Translations under genes and position numbers: made by a program
Notes under the pieces: model-generated
The model's database searches: none
The model's input: the letters and a program-made list of their open reading frames with translations, nothing else
What the model was told of the DNA's origin: nothing
Origin: an uncultured Gammaproteobacteria bacterium
GTDB taxonomy: Bacteria > Pseudomonadota > Gammaproteobacteria > SURF-13
DNA: 64,000 bases
Assembly: GCA_947085325.1 (NCBI GenBank)
Contig: CAMTVY010000010.1
Location: 121,276 to 185,275, forward strand
Reading direction: 5' to 3'
Part shown: positions 32,612-42,107 of the stretch, piece by piece
Layout of the letters: each line of letters begins with the position of its first letter
How positions within the stretch are numbered: the first letter of the stretch is position 1

Positions 32612-33193
32612 TCAAGCATGCGCCAGTAAACTCTGTTCCATGACGATGAAGTCCTGCGCTACATCCACGGTGCGTTTGTTGCGAGTCAGGGCGAGCCTGC
32701 GCAGCGCCTGCTGGGCGCCGTTCCGGGAGATGCGGGCTTTCTGCATGAGGATGGCCGCAGCCTGCCCTATAAGTCTGCGTTCAGCCGCAGTCGTGTGGGT
32801 CTGTTCCAGTTGATTGAGCAGAAGCTGTGTTTCATTGAAGCGGATGATGGCAACATCCATGATCGGCTTTACCCGCTCCGGCCACAGTCCATCGACAATA
32901 TAGGCGCTGATGCCGGCTTTCAGTGCCGCGTTGATAGTCGGCGCATCGCCCTGGCGGGTAAACATGACGATCGGGCATGGCTGGCCAAGATAAATGCGTT
33001 CAATCTGGCGCAGTTGCCTGTGACTAACGTGTTCCAGCGCAAACACCAGTATGTCGGCTTCAATGGTTTTGAGTGCGAGCTGTAGTTCCGGGATGCTGGT
33101 GACGAGCTCGACTATCTCGTGTCCATGCTTGTGCGTGGCGGACTGTAGCAGTTCCGCATCTTCTGCATTTTCCACGACTAGCGCGATGCGCAT
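32612..33193 (-). CDS. second ANTAR-domain regulator with degenerate (pseudo-)receiver domain
   Basis: ANTAR domain (AERRLIGQAAAILMQKARISRNGAQQALRRLALTRNKRTVDVAQ). Receiver-like N-terminus with Ala at the expected phospho-acceptor position (ILVFALEH vs IIIDME in the neighbour). Confidence 0.8.
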   Translation of the reverse strand: MRIALVVENAEDAELLQSATHKHGHEIVELVTSIPELQLALKTIEADILVFALEHVSHRQLRQIERIYLGQPCPIVMFTRQGDAPTINAALKAGISAYIVDGLWPERVKPIMDVAIIRFNETQLLLNQLEQTHTTAAERRLIGQAAAILMQKARISRNGAQQALRRLALTRNKRTVDVAQDFIVMEQSLLAHA

Positions 33194-33397
33194 GAAAGTC
33201 TCCCGATCAAGTGTTGTCGGGGAAGTATCAGCAATAGCCGTGCCAACCAGAGAAAGCGTATTATTTTCAGTGAATTAAAGGTTGTATGGTGCTCGGTCTG
33301 GGAACCGTTGCGCACCATTCTGCGTGTGTCAGGGAGCGAGTTGAATCATTTTGGGGCGGAATGTGTTCGTGCAGTCTTGCCCAAGGCTGCGCAGGCG

Positions 33398-33700
33398 TTA
33401 GTGGTACTTTAGCAGCCAGCTTCGGAATTCATCGGCGGGTAAGGGGCAGGAGAAGAAGTAGCCCTGTGCCTTGTCGCAACCGAGTGCAATCAGCCGGTCA
33501 AGAGTTTCCTGAGTCTCCACGCCTTCGGCCACGACTTGCAGGTTGAGGTTGTGCGCCAGCTCAATAGTAGAGCGTACGATGGCGGCGTTGTCGTCATCGG
33601 TTACCATGTCTATCACAAAAGACTTGTCCACCTTGATTTCATCTACCGGCAGCTTCTTGAGGTAACTCAGAGACGAGTAACCTGTGCCTAAGGTCGTCAA
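33398..33700 (-). pseudogene. 3' remnant of an EAL-domain (c-di-GMP phosphodiesterase) gene
   Basis: Encodes only the last ~100 aa of an EAL domain ([28 protein letters not shown]...VAEGVETQETL...) and lacks the upstream catalytic half. The frame hits a stop about 16 codons upstream, exactly where the prfC-3' copy begins. Paralogous to the C-terminus of the intact GGDEF-EAL gene at 33902-36157. Confidence 0.7.
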
Positions 33701-33856
33701 TGGAGAGGCATATACCCATCTGGCGTTGGACGGTGTGGGTGATCTGGCCTATATCGCTCCTACGCGTATCAATCTGGAGCTGACCATGGAGCGCTGGCCG
33801 GACATCGAATTCCGCGCCACCCGCGAGCATTAGCAGGCCTGCTCACGCAGTGAAGC
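33700..33856 (+). repeat. imperfect second copy of the prfC 3' end (last ~45 codons, the stop and ~25 nt downstream); right boundary of the inserted module
   Basis: About 85% nucleotide identity to 26298-26435. Encodes ...[41 protein letters not shown], against ...[41 protein letters not shown] at the real prfC end. Confidence 0.85.
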
Positions 33857-33901
33857 TGTAGTGATAGTTTGACGGTGGACTGCAACGGATGGATGCAGCA
33901 G

Positions 33902-36157
33902 TTAGCGAAGCTCGAATTTGAACGTCTGTATCCGCTCCCAGCTCTGGACCAACCCGGCAAACTCATCGGCCGGGAGCGGCTTGCTGAAGTAGTAGCCTTG
34001 GGCCATGTCGCAGCCCTCCTCGCGCAGAAATTTGAGCTGCTCGAAGGTTTCCACTCCCTCCGCGATGACTTTCATGTTGAGCGTGCGGGCCATGGCGATG
34101 ATGGTCTTTGCTATCGCGGCATCATTGGGATCAGTGGCGATGTCACGTACGAAGCTGCGGTCTATTTTTAAGAAATCTATGGGACAGCGCTTGAGGGTAC
34201 TTAGGGATGAGTGGCCCGTACCAAAATCATCAAGCGAGCAGGACACGCCGTCCGCTTTTAGCGCCTCCAGGCACTGGATGGCATCCTCTGGGTCGCGCAT
34301 CAGCATGCTCTCGGTTAATTCAAGATCGAGTCTGGATGCCGCGAGGCCGCTCTCCTCGAGCGCCTTCCTGACCGTCCGCAGGAAATCTTTTTGTCGCAAC
34401 TGCCGGGCCGACACATTCACCGCTAGGCGCAGTGGGGGGAGGCCCATCTGCTGCAATATCCGTGTCTGCGCGCATGCAGCTTGCAGTACCCACGCGCCGA
34501 TTGGAGCAATCAGCCCGGTCTCCTCGGCCACGGGGATGAACTCCAGTGGCGTGATGAGTCCTTCCTCGGGTTGGTGCCAGCGCAGCAGTGCCTCCATGCC
34601 GATGATTTCTCCGGTACGGAGAACCACTATCGGCTGGTAGTGCAGCAGGAACTCTCCTCTCTCTAGGGCGCGGCGCAGACCGCTTTCCAGAGTCAGACGT
34701 CGGCTGGCACGGTCATGGAGATCGGGTGTGTAGAGTCTGAAGGTGTTACGCCCAGACTCCTTGGCATGATACATGGCGGTGTCGGCACTTTTGAGGAGCC
34801 CTTCCGCATCGTCTTCATCCAGCGGGTACAGGGTGATGCCGATGCTTACGCTCACATGTATCTCTCGGCCATCAACAATGAAAGGAAGATCCAGCAGCTG
34901 CTGGATCTTCCGAACCATACCGGCGACTTCGCCCACGTGATGAATCTCGGGGAGCACTATGGCAAATTCGTCTCCTCCGAGGCGGGCAATGGTATCACTC
35001 GCCCGGAGGCCGGTGCCGAGCTGCGTGGCTACCATCTTAAGCAGCTTGTCACCCGCGCTGTGTCCGAAGGTATCGTTGACATATTTAAAGTAATCGATGT
35101 CTATGAATAGCACGGCGACAATGTAATTCCCGCGGTCGGCATCGCTTATGATCTGCCGCAGGCGGTCATCAAGCAGCTGTCGGTTGGGAAGCCCGGTCAG
35201 AGAGTCATACAGCGCAAGCTGTTTGAGGCGCTCCTCGGCCTGTTTGCGCTCGGTGATGTCGCTCATGAGACAGTAGTGACCAGAGAAATTATTACGCTCG
35301 TCGTAGATTCCGACCATCACTGCATGCATGTAGAAAATCGAACCATCTTTGCGCAGTGCTCTGGCTTCCACATCCGCTTTTCCGCTCGCGCGCAAGCGCT
35401 GGTAGGCGGCCTGCATCAGGCCAAGGTCATCCGGCTGCACTGTCAGCGATCGCTCGGCGTCGATCAGGTCTTCTGGCGCGTAACCGACCATGTCGGCGTA
35501 GGACTTGTTGACCATACGAAAGCGCCCCTCTACATCCAGCCGCGCGATCCCCTCAACAGCATGTTCCAGTGCGGTGGCCGTTTCACGCAGCGCCTGTTCC
35601 ATCTTGGCACGTTCGGCAATCTCGGCGCGTAATAAATAATTTTGCTGTGAAAGGTGGAATGCGCGCGCGAGTTCCGCGCTGTACAATTCATGCTGTGCCC
35701 ACACAGCCAGCTCGTGCAGTGTGTCGAGTTGTGTCTGGTCCAGCTGGCGTGGGCGGTAGTCTGCGATGCACAAGGTGCCGATCCGGCTGTCGTTCGGTGC
35801 GCTGATCGGGAAGCCGGCGTAGAAACGGATATGCGGCGCTCCTGTCACCAACGGATTGTCAGCGAAGCGTTTGTCGAGCCGCGCGTCGGGAACGACCATG
35901 GCACGATCTCCCAGAATGGTGTGCCCGCAAAATGAAATACTGCGTGGCGTCTCGGAGGCTTGCAGGCCCTGGCAGGATTTGAACCACTGGCGTTCCGCGT
36001 CCACCAGGGTAATGAGCGCGATCGGTACATCGAACAGCCGGGTGGCGAAGCGCGTGATGCGGTCAAAGCGCTCCTCGGGAGGTGAATCCATGATGGACAG
36101 GGCATGAAGCGCGGCCAGCCTGATCGGTTCATCTGGCGGCAGCGGCGGTTCTTTCAT
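33902..36157 (-). CDS. GAF-PAS-GGDEF-EAL multidomain c-di-GMP signalling protein
   Basis: GAF (FDVPIALITLVDAERQWFKS), PAS, GGDEF (RLGGDEFAIVL), EAL (EALLRW...DDFGTGHSSLSTL). Confidence 0.9.
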   Translation of the reverse strand: MKEPPLPPDEPIRLAALHALSIMDSPPEERFDRITRFATRLFDVPIALITLVDAERQWFKSCQGLQASETPRSISFCGHTILGDRAMVVPDARLDKRFADNPLVTGAPHIRFYAGFPISAPNDSRIGTLCIADYRPRQLDQTQLDTLHELAVWAQHELYSAELARAFHLSQQNYLLRAEIAERAKMEQALRETATALEHAVEGIARLDVEGRFRMVNKSYADMVGYAPEDLIDAERSLTVQPDDLGLMQAAYQRLRASGKADVEARALRKDGSIFYMHAVMVGIYDERNNFSGHYCLMSDITERKQAEERLKQLALYDSLTGLPNRQLLDDRLRQIISDADRGNYIVAVLFIDIDYFKYVNDTFGHSAGDKLLKMVATQLGTGLRASDTIARLGGDEFAIVLPEIHHVGEVAGMVRKIQQLLDLPFIVDGREIHVSVSIGITLYPLDEDDAEGLLKSADTAMYHAKESGRNTFRLYTPDLHDRASRRLTLESGLRRALERGEFLLHYQPIVVLRTGEIIGMEALLRWHQPEEGLITPLEFIPVAEETGLIAPIGAWVLQAACAQTRILQQMGLPPLRLAVNVSARQLRQKDFLRTVRKALEESGLAASRLDLELTESMLMRDPEDAIQCLEALKADGVSCSLDDFGTGHSSLSTLKRCPIDFLKIDRSFVRDIATDPNDAAIAKTIIAMARTLNMKVIAEGVETFEQLKFLREEGCDMAQGYYFSKPLPADEFAGLVQSWERIQTFKFELR

Positions 36158-36279
36158 GTCATTGCAGCATCGTCGGTAGCTCTATTCTCGGGCGATAATA
36201 GACGATGAGATGGCAGATCGGCTAGGAATTTGTTGAAGAAAGTCCCTTCACGGACTTTACGTTGTGATCAAAACTACCT

Positions 36280-37674
36280 TCAGAGTTGTCCCTCGTGCGC
36301 AGCCTTATGCACCAATGCGTCGAATTCCTCGTGGCTCATCAGGCCATGCTCTGCCACGATGTCGCGCACGGGTTTGCCGGTCTTCTCGGATTCCTGCGCG
36401 ATCTTCGCCGCTTGCTCGTAGCCTATGCCTGGGTTGAGCAGCGTGGCCAGCGCTACGCTTTGGTGCAGGAAATTCTTGCAGCGTTCACGGTCGACCGTCA
36501 GCCCTTTGAGATTCAGTTCAGTTGCGGCGTTGATGGCGTTGGTAAGCCAGTCCATCGCGTCAAACAGCGCCGAGCCGAGTGCGGGCATCATCACGTTCAA
36601 CTCCAGTTGCCCGGCCTGGGTCATGGCGGCAATGGCGGCATCCTGCCCGATGACCTGGTAGCACACCTGGTTCAGCATCTCGAACATCACCGGGTTCACC
36701 TTGCCCGGCATGATGCTGGAGCCGGGCTGCACGGCGGGCAGAATAATTTCGCCCAGCCCCGTGCGCGGGCCGGAGGCGAGCAGGCGCATGTCGTTGGCGA
36801 TGCGCGTGAGTTCGAGCGCCAGCGCGCGGATTGCATTGGAAAGGTGTTGCAGGTCGAGCATCGACTGCATCTGTGCAGCGAGATCAGGCGCCGGGCGCAG
36901 CGGTTCGCCGCTCAGGCGCGCAAGTTCCGCCGCGACCTTTTCGATGTAGCCCGGCGCGGTGTTGAGGCCGGTACCTGCGGCACTGCCACCGAGGCCGATA
37001 TCGCACAATGGCAGGCGTGTCTCCTGCAGCCGCTCGGCGCAGCGCGTGAGCGTCCAGGCATAGGCGTTGAATTCGCGCCCTACGGTGGTGGGCACGGCAT
37101 CCTGCAAATGGGTGCGCGCGCTCTTGACCGTAGCTGTTTCGCGCGCACCGATGCGTGCGTACTCACTCGCCATGCCATGCACGGCTTTGATGAGGCGCGG
37201 CAGCTTGGCGAGCGCCGCGAGACGGATGGCGGTCGGGATGGTGTCGTTGGTGCTTTGCCCCATGTTGACGTGATCGTTGGGGTGCACCGGACGGTAAGTG
37301 CCGCGTTCAACGCCGAGTGTGGCGTTGGCAAGGTTGGAAATCACTTCGTTGCTGTTCATGTTATGGCTGGTGCCGGCGCCGGCCTGAAAACGATCCACTA
37401 CGAATTGATCGAGATAGCTGCCTGCCAGAATGTCATCGCAGGCCGCCAGGATGGCGCGCGCCGGCGTATCTTCCAGTTGCCCACACTGCTGGTTGGCAAC
37501 CGCTGCCGCGCGTTTGACGCGCACATGGGCCAGTACGAAGTCACGATCAGGGCCGCGCCCGCTGATCGGGAAATTGGCCACGGCGCGCGCGGTTTGAACG
37601 CCATACCAGGCGTGGGCGGGAACCTTCAGTTCGCCCAGGCTGTCTCTCTCGGTGCGGAAGCTGATATCATTCAT
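36280..37674 (-). CDS. aspA: aspartate ammonia-lyase (class II fumarase/aspartase family)
   Basis: GSSIMPGKVNP signature. GQSTNDTIPT and the overall alignment are closer to AspA than to FumC. Confidence 0.8.
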   Translation of the reverse strand: MNDISFRTERDSLGELKVPAHAWYGVQTARAVANFPISGRGPDRDFVLAHVRVKRAAAVANQQCGQLEDTPARAILAACDDILAGSYLDQFVVDRFQAGAGTSHNMNSNEVISNLANATLGVERGTYRPVHPNDHVNMGQSTNDTIPTAIRLAALAKLPRLIKAVHGMASEYARIGARETATVKSARTHLQDAVPTTVGREFNAYAWTLTRCAERLQETRLPLCDIGLGGSAAGTGLNTAPGYIEKVAAELARLSGEPLRPAPDLAAQMQSMLDLQHLSNAIRALALELTRIANDMRLLASGPRTGLGEIILPAVQPGSSIMPGKVNPVMFEMLNQVCYQVIGQDAAIAAMTQAGQLELNVMMPALGSALFDAMDWLTNAINAATELNLKGLTVDRERCKNFLHQSVALATLLNPGIGYEQAAKIAQESEKTGKPVRDIVAEHGLMSHEEFDALVHKAAHEGQL

Positions 37675-37731
37675 GCAGGTTTAGTCCGTGCGGGCGGCGA
37701 GTTCTGCCGAAATGGGTGTGTGGGAGGCTGT

Positions 37732-38268
37732 GTGCAGATCAGTGTTTGTAAAGCCATTTTAATCCTTTTTGCCGTGCTATGGGTATCTGCTGCGCAGGCC
37801 AAGGGCGACGGCGGCCACGACTTCACCCTGCCCGACAGCAACGGCGTGAGCCACAAGCTGTCGGATTACCGCGGCAAATGGGTGGTGGTGAACTACTGGG
37901 CCACCTGGTGCCCCCCCTGTCTGGAGGAAATCCCCGAACTGGTGATGTTCCATGACAGGCACAAAAACAAGGACGCCCTGGTGTTGGGGGTATCCGTCGA
38001 GGATATCGGCATAGCGGCCCTGCGCAAGTTCATGGATGAGCGCATGATGGATTATCCGGTGTTGCTGGGCGGGTCAACCTACGAATCACCGCTGGGGCCG
38101 GTGCGGGGTCTGCCCGTGACCTTTCTCATTGCCCCCAATGGCGAGATTGCCGCGACCCATCTGGGGCGCATAGACGCTGCGTCGATCGAGCGCTTCATAG
38201 CTTCGTCGCCTGCGCACGTCCGGGTCAAGGCAGGCGCGGTCCCTGCCGGGAAGACGACGCCCAGGTAG
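37732..38268 (+). CDS. TlpA-family thiol:disulfide oxidoreductase (thioredoxin-like), exported
   Basis: Signal peptide ...VLWVSAAQA-KG, thioredoxin motif WATWCPPC. GTG start preceded by GGGAGG. The long ORF from 36286 is only antisense to aspA upstream of this point. Confidence 0.75.
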   Translation: MQISVCKAILILFAVLWVSAAQAKGDGGHDFTLPDSNGVSHKLSDYRGKWVVVNYWATWCPPCLEEIPELVMFHDRHKNKDALVLGVSVEDIGIAALRKFMDERMMDYPVLLGGSTYESPLGPVRGLPVTFLIAPNGEIAATHLGRIDAASIERFIASSPAHVRVKAGAVPAGKTTPR

Positions 38269-38276
38269 CGGCGCGC

Positions 38277-38546
38277 ATGGCGGCCTGCATGCGTTATGTC
38301 GTGTCGGGCCGGGTGCAGGGCGTGGGTTTCCGGGTCGGCGTGTGCGCACAGGCGCAGGCGCTCGGCTTGACCGGTTGGGTGCGCAATCGTGACGACGGCG
38401 CAGTCGAACTGCTGGCCTGTGGCGCAGACAGCGCACTGGAGGCCTTGCATGCGTGGCTGCGTATCGGGCCAGTGCTGGCGGAAGTGGCGGCGGTAGAGAG
38501 GGCATCGGTTCCACTTGCGCACCACAAAAGTTTCGCAATTCGCTGA
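38277..38546 (+). CDS. acyP: acylphosphatase
   Basis: VSGRVQGVGFRVGVCAQAQALGLTGWVRNRDDGAVELLACG is the acylphosphatase signature. Confidence 0.85.
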   Translation: MAACMRYVVSGRVQGVGFRVGVCAQAQALGLTGWVRNRDDGAVELLACGADSALEALHAWLRIGPVLAEVAAVERASVPLAHHKSFAIR

Positions 38547-38564
38547 CGGCGCGCACCCATCCAC

Positions 38565-39953
38565 ATGGATTTTTTCCCGATTTTTCTGAACATCAAAGCC
38601 AGACCCTGCCTGGTGGTGGGCGGCGGCGAGGTTGCCGCGCGCAAGACACTGCAATTATTGCGCGCGGGCGCCATGGTGCATGTGGTAGCGCCTGAGTTGT
38701 GCCAGCGATTGCAGGAGCATGCAGCGCGGCACGATATTCTCTGGCGCAACGGGCGGTTCGAGGCCGCTGATGTCACAGGCTGTGTGCTCGTTGTTGCCGC
38801 GACGGATGATAGTGCCGTCAATCAGGCCGTGCACGCAGCCGCACTGCAACAAAATATCCCGGTCAATGTGGTGGACAACCCTGCCCTGTGCAGTTTCATC
38901 ATGCCTGCCGTGGTCGATCGCTCCCCGGTGTTGATTGCAGTGTCCTCCGGTGGCGCGGCGCCGGTGCTCACGCGCCTGTTGCGGGCACGGCTGGAAACGC
39001 TGATCCCCGCTGCCTATGGCAGGCTTGCCACGCTCGCCGCGAAATTCCGTGTGGCGGTGAAGCAGCGTGTTGTCGATGCTGCGCAGCGTCGCCGGTTCTG
39101 GGAAAGTGTATTGCAAGGCCCGGTGGCGGAGCGGGTCTTCGCGGGGCAGGGGCAGGCCGCCGAAGCGGCGCTGCAATCGGCGCTGGAGAGCGCGGATACC
39201 GCAGTGACCGCAGGCGAAGTCTATCTGGTCGGTGCCGGGCCGGGTGACCCCGATCTGCTCACGTTTCGCGCCTTGCGCCTCATGCAGCAGGCCGACGTCG
39301 TGTTGCACGACCGGCTGGTGCCGGATGCCATTCTCAACCTCGTGCGTACCGATGCCGAGCGCATCTACGTGGGCAAGCGCCGCAGCGAACACACGCTGCG
39401 CCAGGACATGATCAACCAGCTGCTGGTGCAGCATGCCAAGGCTGGCAGGCGCGTGCTGCGCCTGAAGGGCGGCGACCCGTTTATTTTCGGGCGCGGCGGC
39501 GAGGAGATTGCCACGCTGGCCGAGGAGGGCATTCCGTTTCAGGTCGTGCCGGGTATTACAGCAGCGTCGGGTTGCGCGGCGTATGCCGGCATCCCGCTCA
39601 CGCACCGCGAGTACGCGCAGTCGTGCGTGTTTGTCACCGGCCAGATGAAAGACGGCGGCATGGACTTGAACTGGGCCGGGCTGATTCAGCCGCAGCAGAC
39701 CATCGTCGTGTACATGGGGCTGGCGGCGGTCGATATACTGTGCCGCGAACTGATCGCGCACGGACTGCCCGCCACTACGCCGAGCGCGCTGGTCGAACAG
39801 GGCACCACACCGCACCAGCGCGTGCTGACCGGCACCCTCGACACCTTGCCGGGGATCATCGGCAACACCGAAGTGCACGCGCCCACGCTGATCATCGTGG
39901 GCGATGTGGTGCGGCTGCACGACAAACTGGCGTGGTTTCGTTCGGAGCGCTGA
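38565..39953 (+). CDS. cysG: siroheme synthase CysG (uroporphyrinogen-III C-methyltransferase / precorrin-2 dehydrogenase / sirohydrochlorin ferrochelatase)
   Basis: N-terminal NAD-binding and ferrochelatase module ([24 protein letters not shown]) plus a C-terminal SAM methyltransferase ([15 protein letters not shown]). Confidence 0.93.
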   Translation: MDFFPIFLNIKARPCLVVGGGEVAARKTLQLLRAGAMVHVVAPELCQRLQEHAARHDILWRNGRFEAADVTGCVLVVAATDDSAVNQAVHAAALQQNIPVNVVDNPALCSFIMPAVVDRSPVLIAVSSGGAAPVLTRLLRARLETLIPAAYGRLATLAAKFRVAVKQRVVDAAQRRRFWESVLQGPVAERVFAGQGQAAEAALQSALESADTAVTAGEVYLVGAGPGDPDLLTFRALRLMQQADVVLHDRLVPDAILNLVRTDAERIYVGKRRSEHTLRQDMINQLLVQHAKAGRRVLRLKGGDPFIFGRGGEEIATLAEEGIPFQVVPGITAASGCAAYAGIPLTHREYAQSCVFVTGQMKDGGMDLNWAGLIQPQQTIVVYMGLAAVDILCRELIAHGLPATTPSALVEQGTTPHQRVLTGTLDTLPGIIGNTEVHAPTLIIVGDVVRLHDKLAWFRSER

Positions 39954-39957
39954 GCCC

Positions 39958-40449
39958 ATGCCGAATGCATCCTCTGTGATAGAAATCAGCATCGCAGAAC
40001 AGCGCCTGCGACTGCGTGAAGGCAGTCACATTGCGCTGGACGTTGCCGTGAGCACGGCCAAAAACGGTGCAGGTGAAATCAATGGCAGCGAATGCACGCC
40101 GCGCGGCGCACACGTGGTGCGCGCGAAGATCGGCGCCGGGTGTGCGGCCAATACTGTATTCGTGAGCCGGCGCCCGACCGGCGAAATTTACACGCCTGCA
40201 CTGCGCAGGCAACACCCGCAACGTGACTGGATACTCACGCGCATCCTGTGGCTGAGTGGTTTGGAGATCGGGAAAAACCGGCGGGGCAATGTGGACACCC
40301 TGCGCCGTTACATTTACATTCACGGCTGCCCGGATGAAGACACGATGGGTGTCCCCGGCTCGCACGGCTGCGTGAAGATGCGTAACCAGGATGTGATTGA
40401 ACTCTTCGAGCGTGTACCAGTGGGTGCGCGCGTCATCATTCGTGAGTGA
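39958..40449 (+). CDS. L,D-transpeptidase family (YkuD domain) protein
   Basis: IHGCPDEDTMGVPGSHGCVKM is the catalytic His/Cys motif of YkuD. ATG immediately after the cysG stop. Confidence 0.8.
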   Translation: MPNASSVIEISIAEQRLRLREGSHIALDVAVSTAKNGAGEINGSECTPRGAHVVRAKIGAGCAANTVFVSRRPTGEIYTPALRRQHPQRDWILTRILWLSGLEIGKNRRGNVDTLRRYIYIHGCPDEDTMGVPGSHGCVKMRNQDVIELFERVPVGARVIIRE

Positions 40450-40465
40450 TCGCAAGGATGAAATC

Positions 40466-41497
40466 ATGCCGCTAGGCCCGGTAATGCTTGATCTGGCGGG
40501 GCTCGAAATCAGCCCGGCCGAACGCGAACTGCTCAAGCATCCCGCTGTGGGCGGCGTGATCCTGTTTGCCCGCAATTATGCGTCTGCCGACCAGGTCGCG
40601 ATGCTGGTGGCCGAGATACACCGCTTGCGCGAGCCACGCCTGCTGGTGGCTGTGGACCACGAAGGCGGTCGGGTGCAACGCTTTCGCGACGGCTTCACAG
40701 CGCTACCCGCCGTGCGCCATCTGGGCACGCTGTATGACAGCGACCGCAAACGCGCCAAGCGCCTCGCTGAGACCCATGGCTGGCTCATGGCGGCGGAGGT
40801 GCGCGCCGTGGGCATTGATTTCAGTTTCGCGCCGGTGCTGGATCTCGATAGAGGCGTGAGCGCCATCATCGGCGACCGCGCCTTTCATTCCGACCCGGAG
40901 AGGGTCGCTGATCTTGCGCACTCCTATATGAGCGGCATGGCGCGCGCCGGCATGGCGGCGACCGGCAAACACTTTCCCGGCCATGGCGCAGTAGAGGCCG
41001 ACTCGCACGTCGCAATTCCCGTGGATGAGCGCCGCTATGAAGATATCTATGCCGAAGATATCCTGCCGTTCGAACGCATGATTCACTTCGGACTTGCTGC
41101 GGTGATGCCCGCGCACGTGATCTATCCGCGTGTCGATCCGCACCCCGCGGGATTTTCACCGTTCTGGATGCAGGAAGTGCTGCGCAAGCGCCTGGACTTT
41201 CAGGGGGTGATTTTCAGTGACGATCTCAGCATGGAAGGCGCCAGTGTGGCGGGCAGCTACGTCGAGCGTGCCCACGCCGCACTGAATGCGGGTTGCGATA
41301 TGGCGCTGGTATGCAACAATCCCGAGGCGGCGGCGCAGGTTGTGGAGGCGCTTACCGACCACCACAGCCCCGCCTCTCACGCCCGCCTGTTGCGCATGCG
41401 TGGCCGTACCGCGCCTGATCGCCTGCAGCTGCAAAAAACAGCGGCGTGGCAGCAGGCGGTGCAGGCGGTAACGATGCATGCAACCCGAATCGGCTAG
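40466..41497 (+). CDS. nagZ: beta-N-acetylhexosaminidase NagZ
   Basis: GH3 family motifs (GGVILFARN, KHFPGHG, DDLSM), about 340 aa. Confidence 0.9.
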   Translation: MPLGPVMLDLAGLEISPAERELLKHPAVGGVILFARNYASADQVAMLVAEIHRLREPRLLVAVDHEGGRVQRFRDGFTALPAVRHLGTLYDSDRKRAKRLAETHGWLMAAEVRAVGIDFSFAPVLDLDRGVSAIIGDRAFHSDPERVADLAHSYMSGMARAGMAATGKHFPGHGAVEADSHVAIPVDERRYEDIYAEDILPFERMIHFGLAAVMPAHVIYPRVDPHPAGFSPFWMQEVLRKRLDFQGVIFSDDLSMEGASVAGSYVERAHAALNAGCDMALVCNNPEAAAQVVEALTDHHSPASHARLLRMRGRTAPDRLQLQKTAAWQQAVQAVTMHATRIG

Positions 41498-41549
41498 CCA
41501 GTACCGCGCCGGCTCCTTATAATTCGTCACAATAGCCACGAGAAAGCTG

Positions 41550-42107
41550 ATGTCAGTTGCCACAGAGCAGGTGCTCGATGTTTATGCCCACGCCGACTGT
41601 CTGCATACCCAGGCTGAGGTCGAGGCGGCGCTGACGCGCATGGCCAGCGAGATCGGCGCGAGGCTCAAAGACAGTAATCCGCTGCTGCTGTGCACGATGA
41701 TCGGTGGGGTGGTGGTGACGGGGCGTCTGCTGACGCAGTTCGATTTCCCGTTGCAGGTCGACTACCTGCACGCCACGCGCTATGCGAGCGGCACACAAGG
41801 CGGCGCGCTGCAATGGAATGTGCGGCCCGCAACGGCGTTGTGTGATCGCGTGGTGCTGGTGCTGGATGACATCCTGGATGAAGGCAATACGCTCGCAGCA
41901 ATTTTGCAGTATTGCAAGGCAGAAGGCGCGCGCAAGGTGTATAGCGCGGTGCTGGTGAACAAGCTGCACGACCGCAAATGCGATGTGCACGCCGATTTTA
42001 TCGGGCTGACGGTGCCGGATCGCTATGTGTTCGGTTACGGCATGGATTACAGGAACTACTGGCGCAACGCGCCTGGCATCTTCGCGGTACGGGAGGAAGA
42101 TATTTAA
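41550..42107 (+). CDS. hpt: hypoxanthine-guanine phosphoribosyltransferase
   Basis: PRTase motif VVLVLDDILDEGNT, about 185 aa. Confidence 0.9.
   Translation: MSVATEQVLDVYAHADCLHTQAEVEAALTRMASEIGARLKDSNPLLLCTMIGGVVVTGRLLTQFDFPLQVDYLHATRYASGTQGGALQWNVRPATALCDRVVLVLDDILDEGNTLAAILQYCKAEGARKVYSAVLVNKLHDRKCDVHADFIGLTVPDRYVFGYGMDYRNYWRNAPGIFAVREEDI

Noticed and set aside
33286-33546. 86-aa plus-strand ORF
   Set aside because: Antisense to the EAL remnant, with Gly/Arg-rich composition and no support.
36286-37731. 5' two-thirds of the 660-aa plus-strand ORF 36286..38268
   Set aside because: This part is antisense to aspA and has no homology. Only the last 537 nt (37732-38268), beginning with a signal peptide and the WATWCPPC thioredoxin motif, is a real gene.
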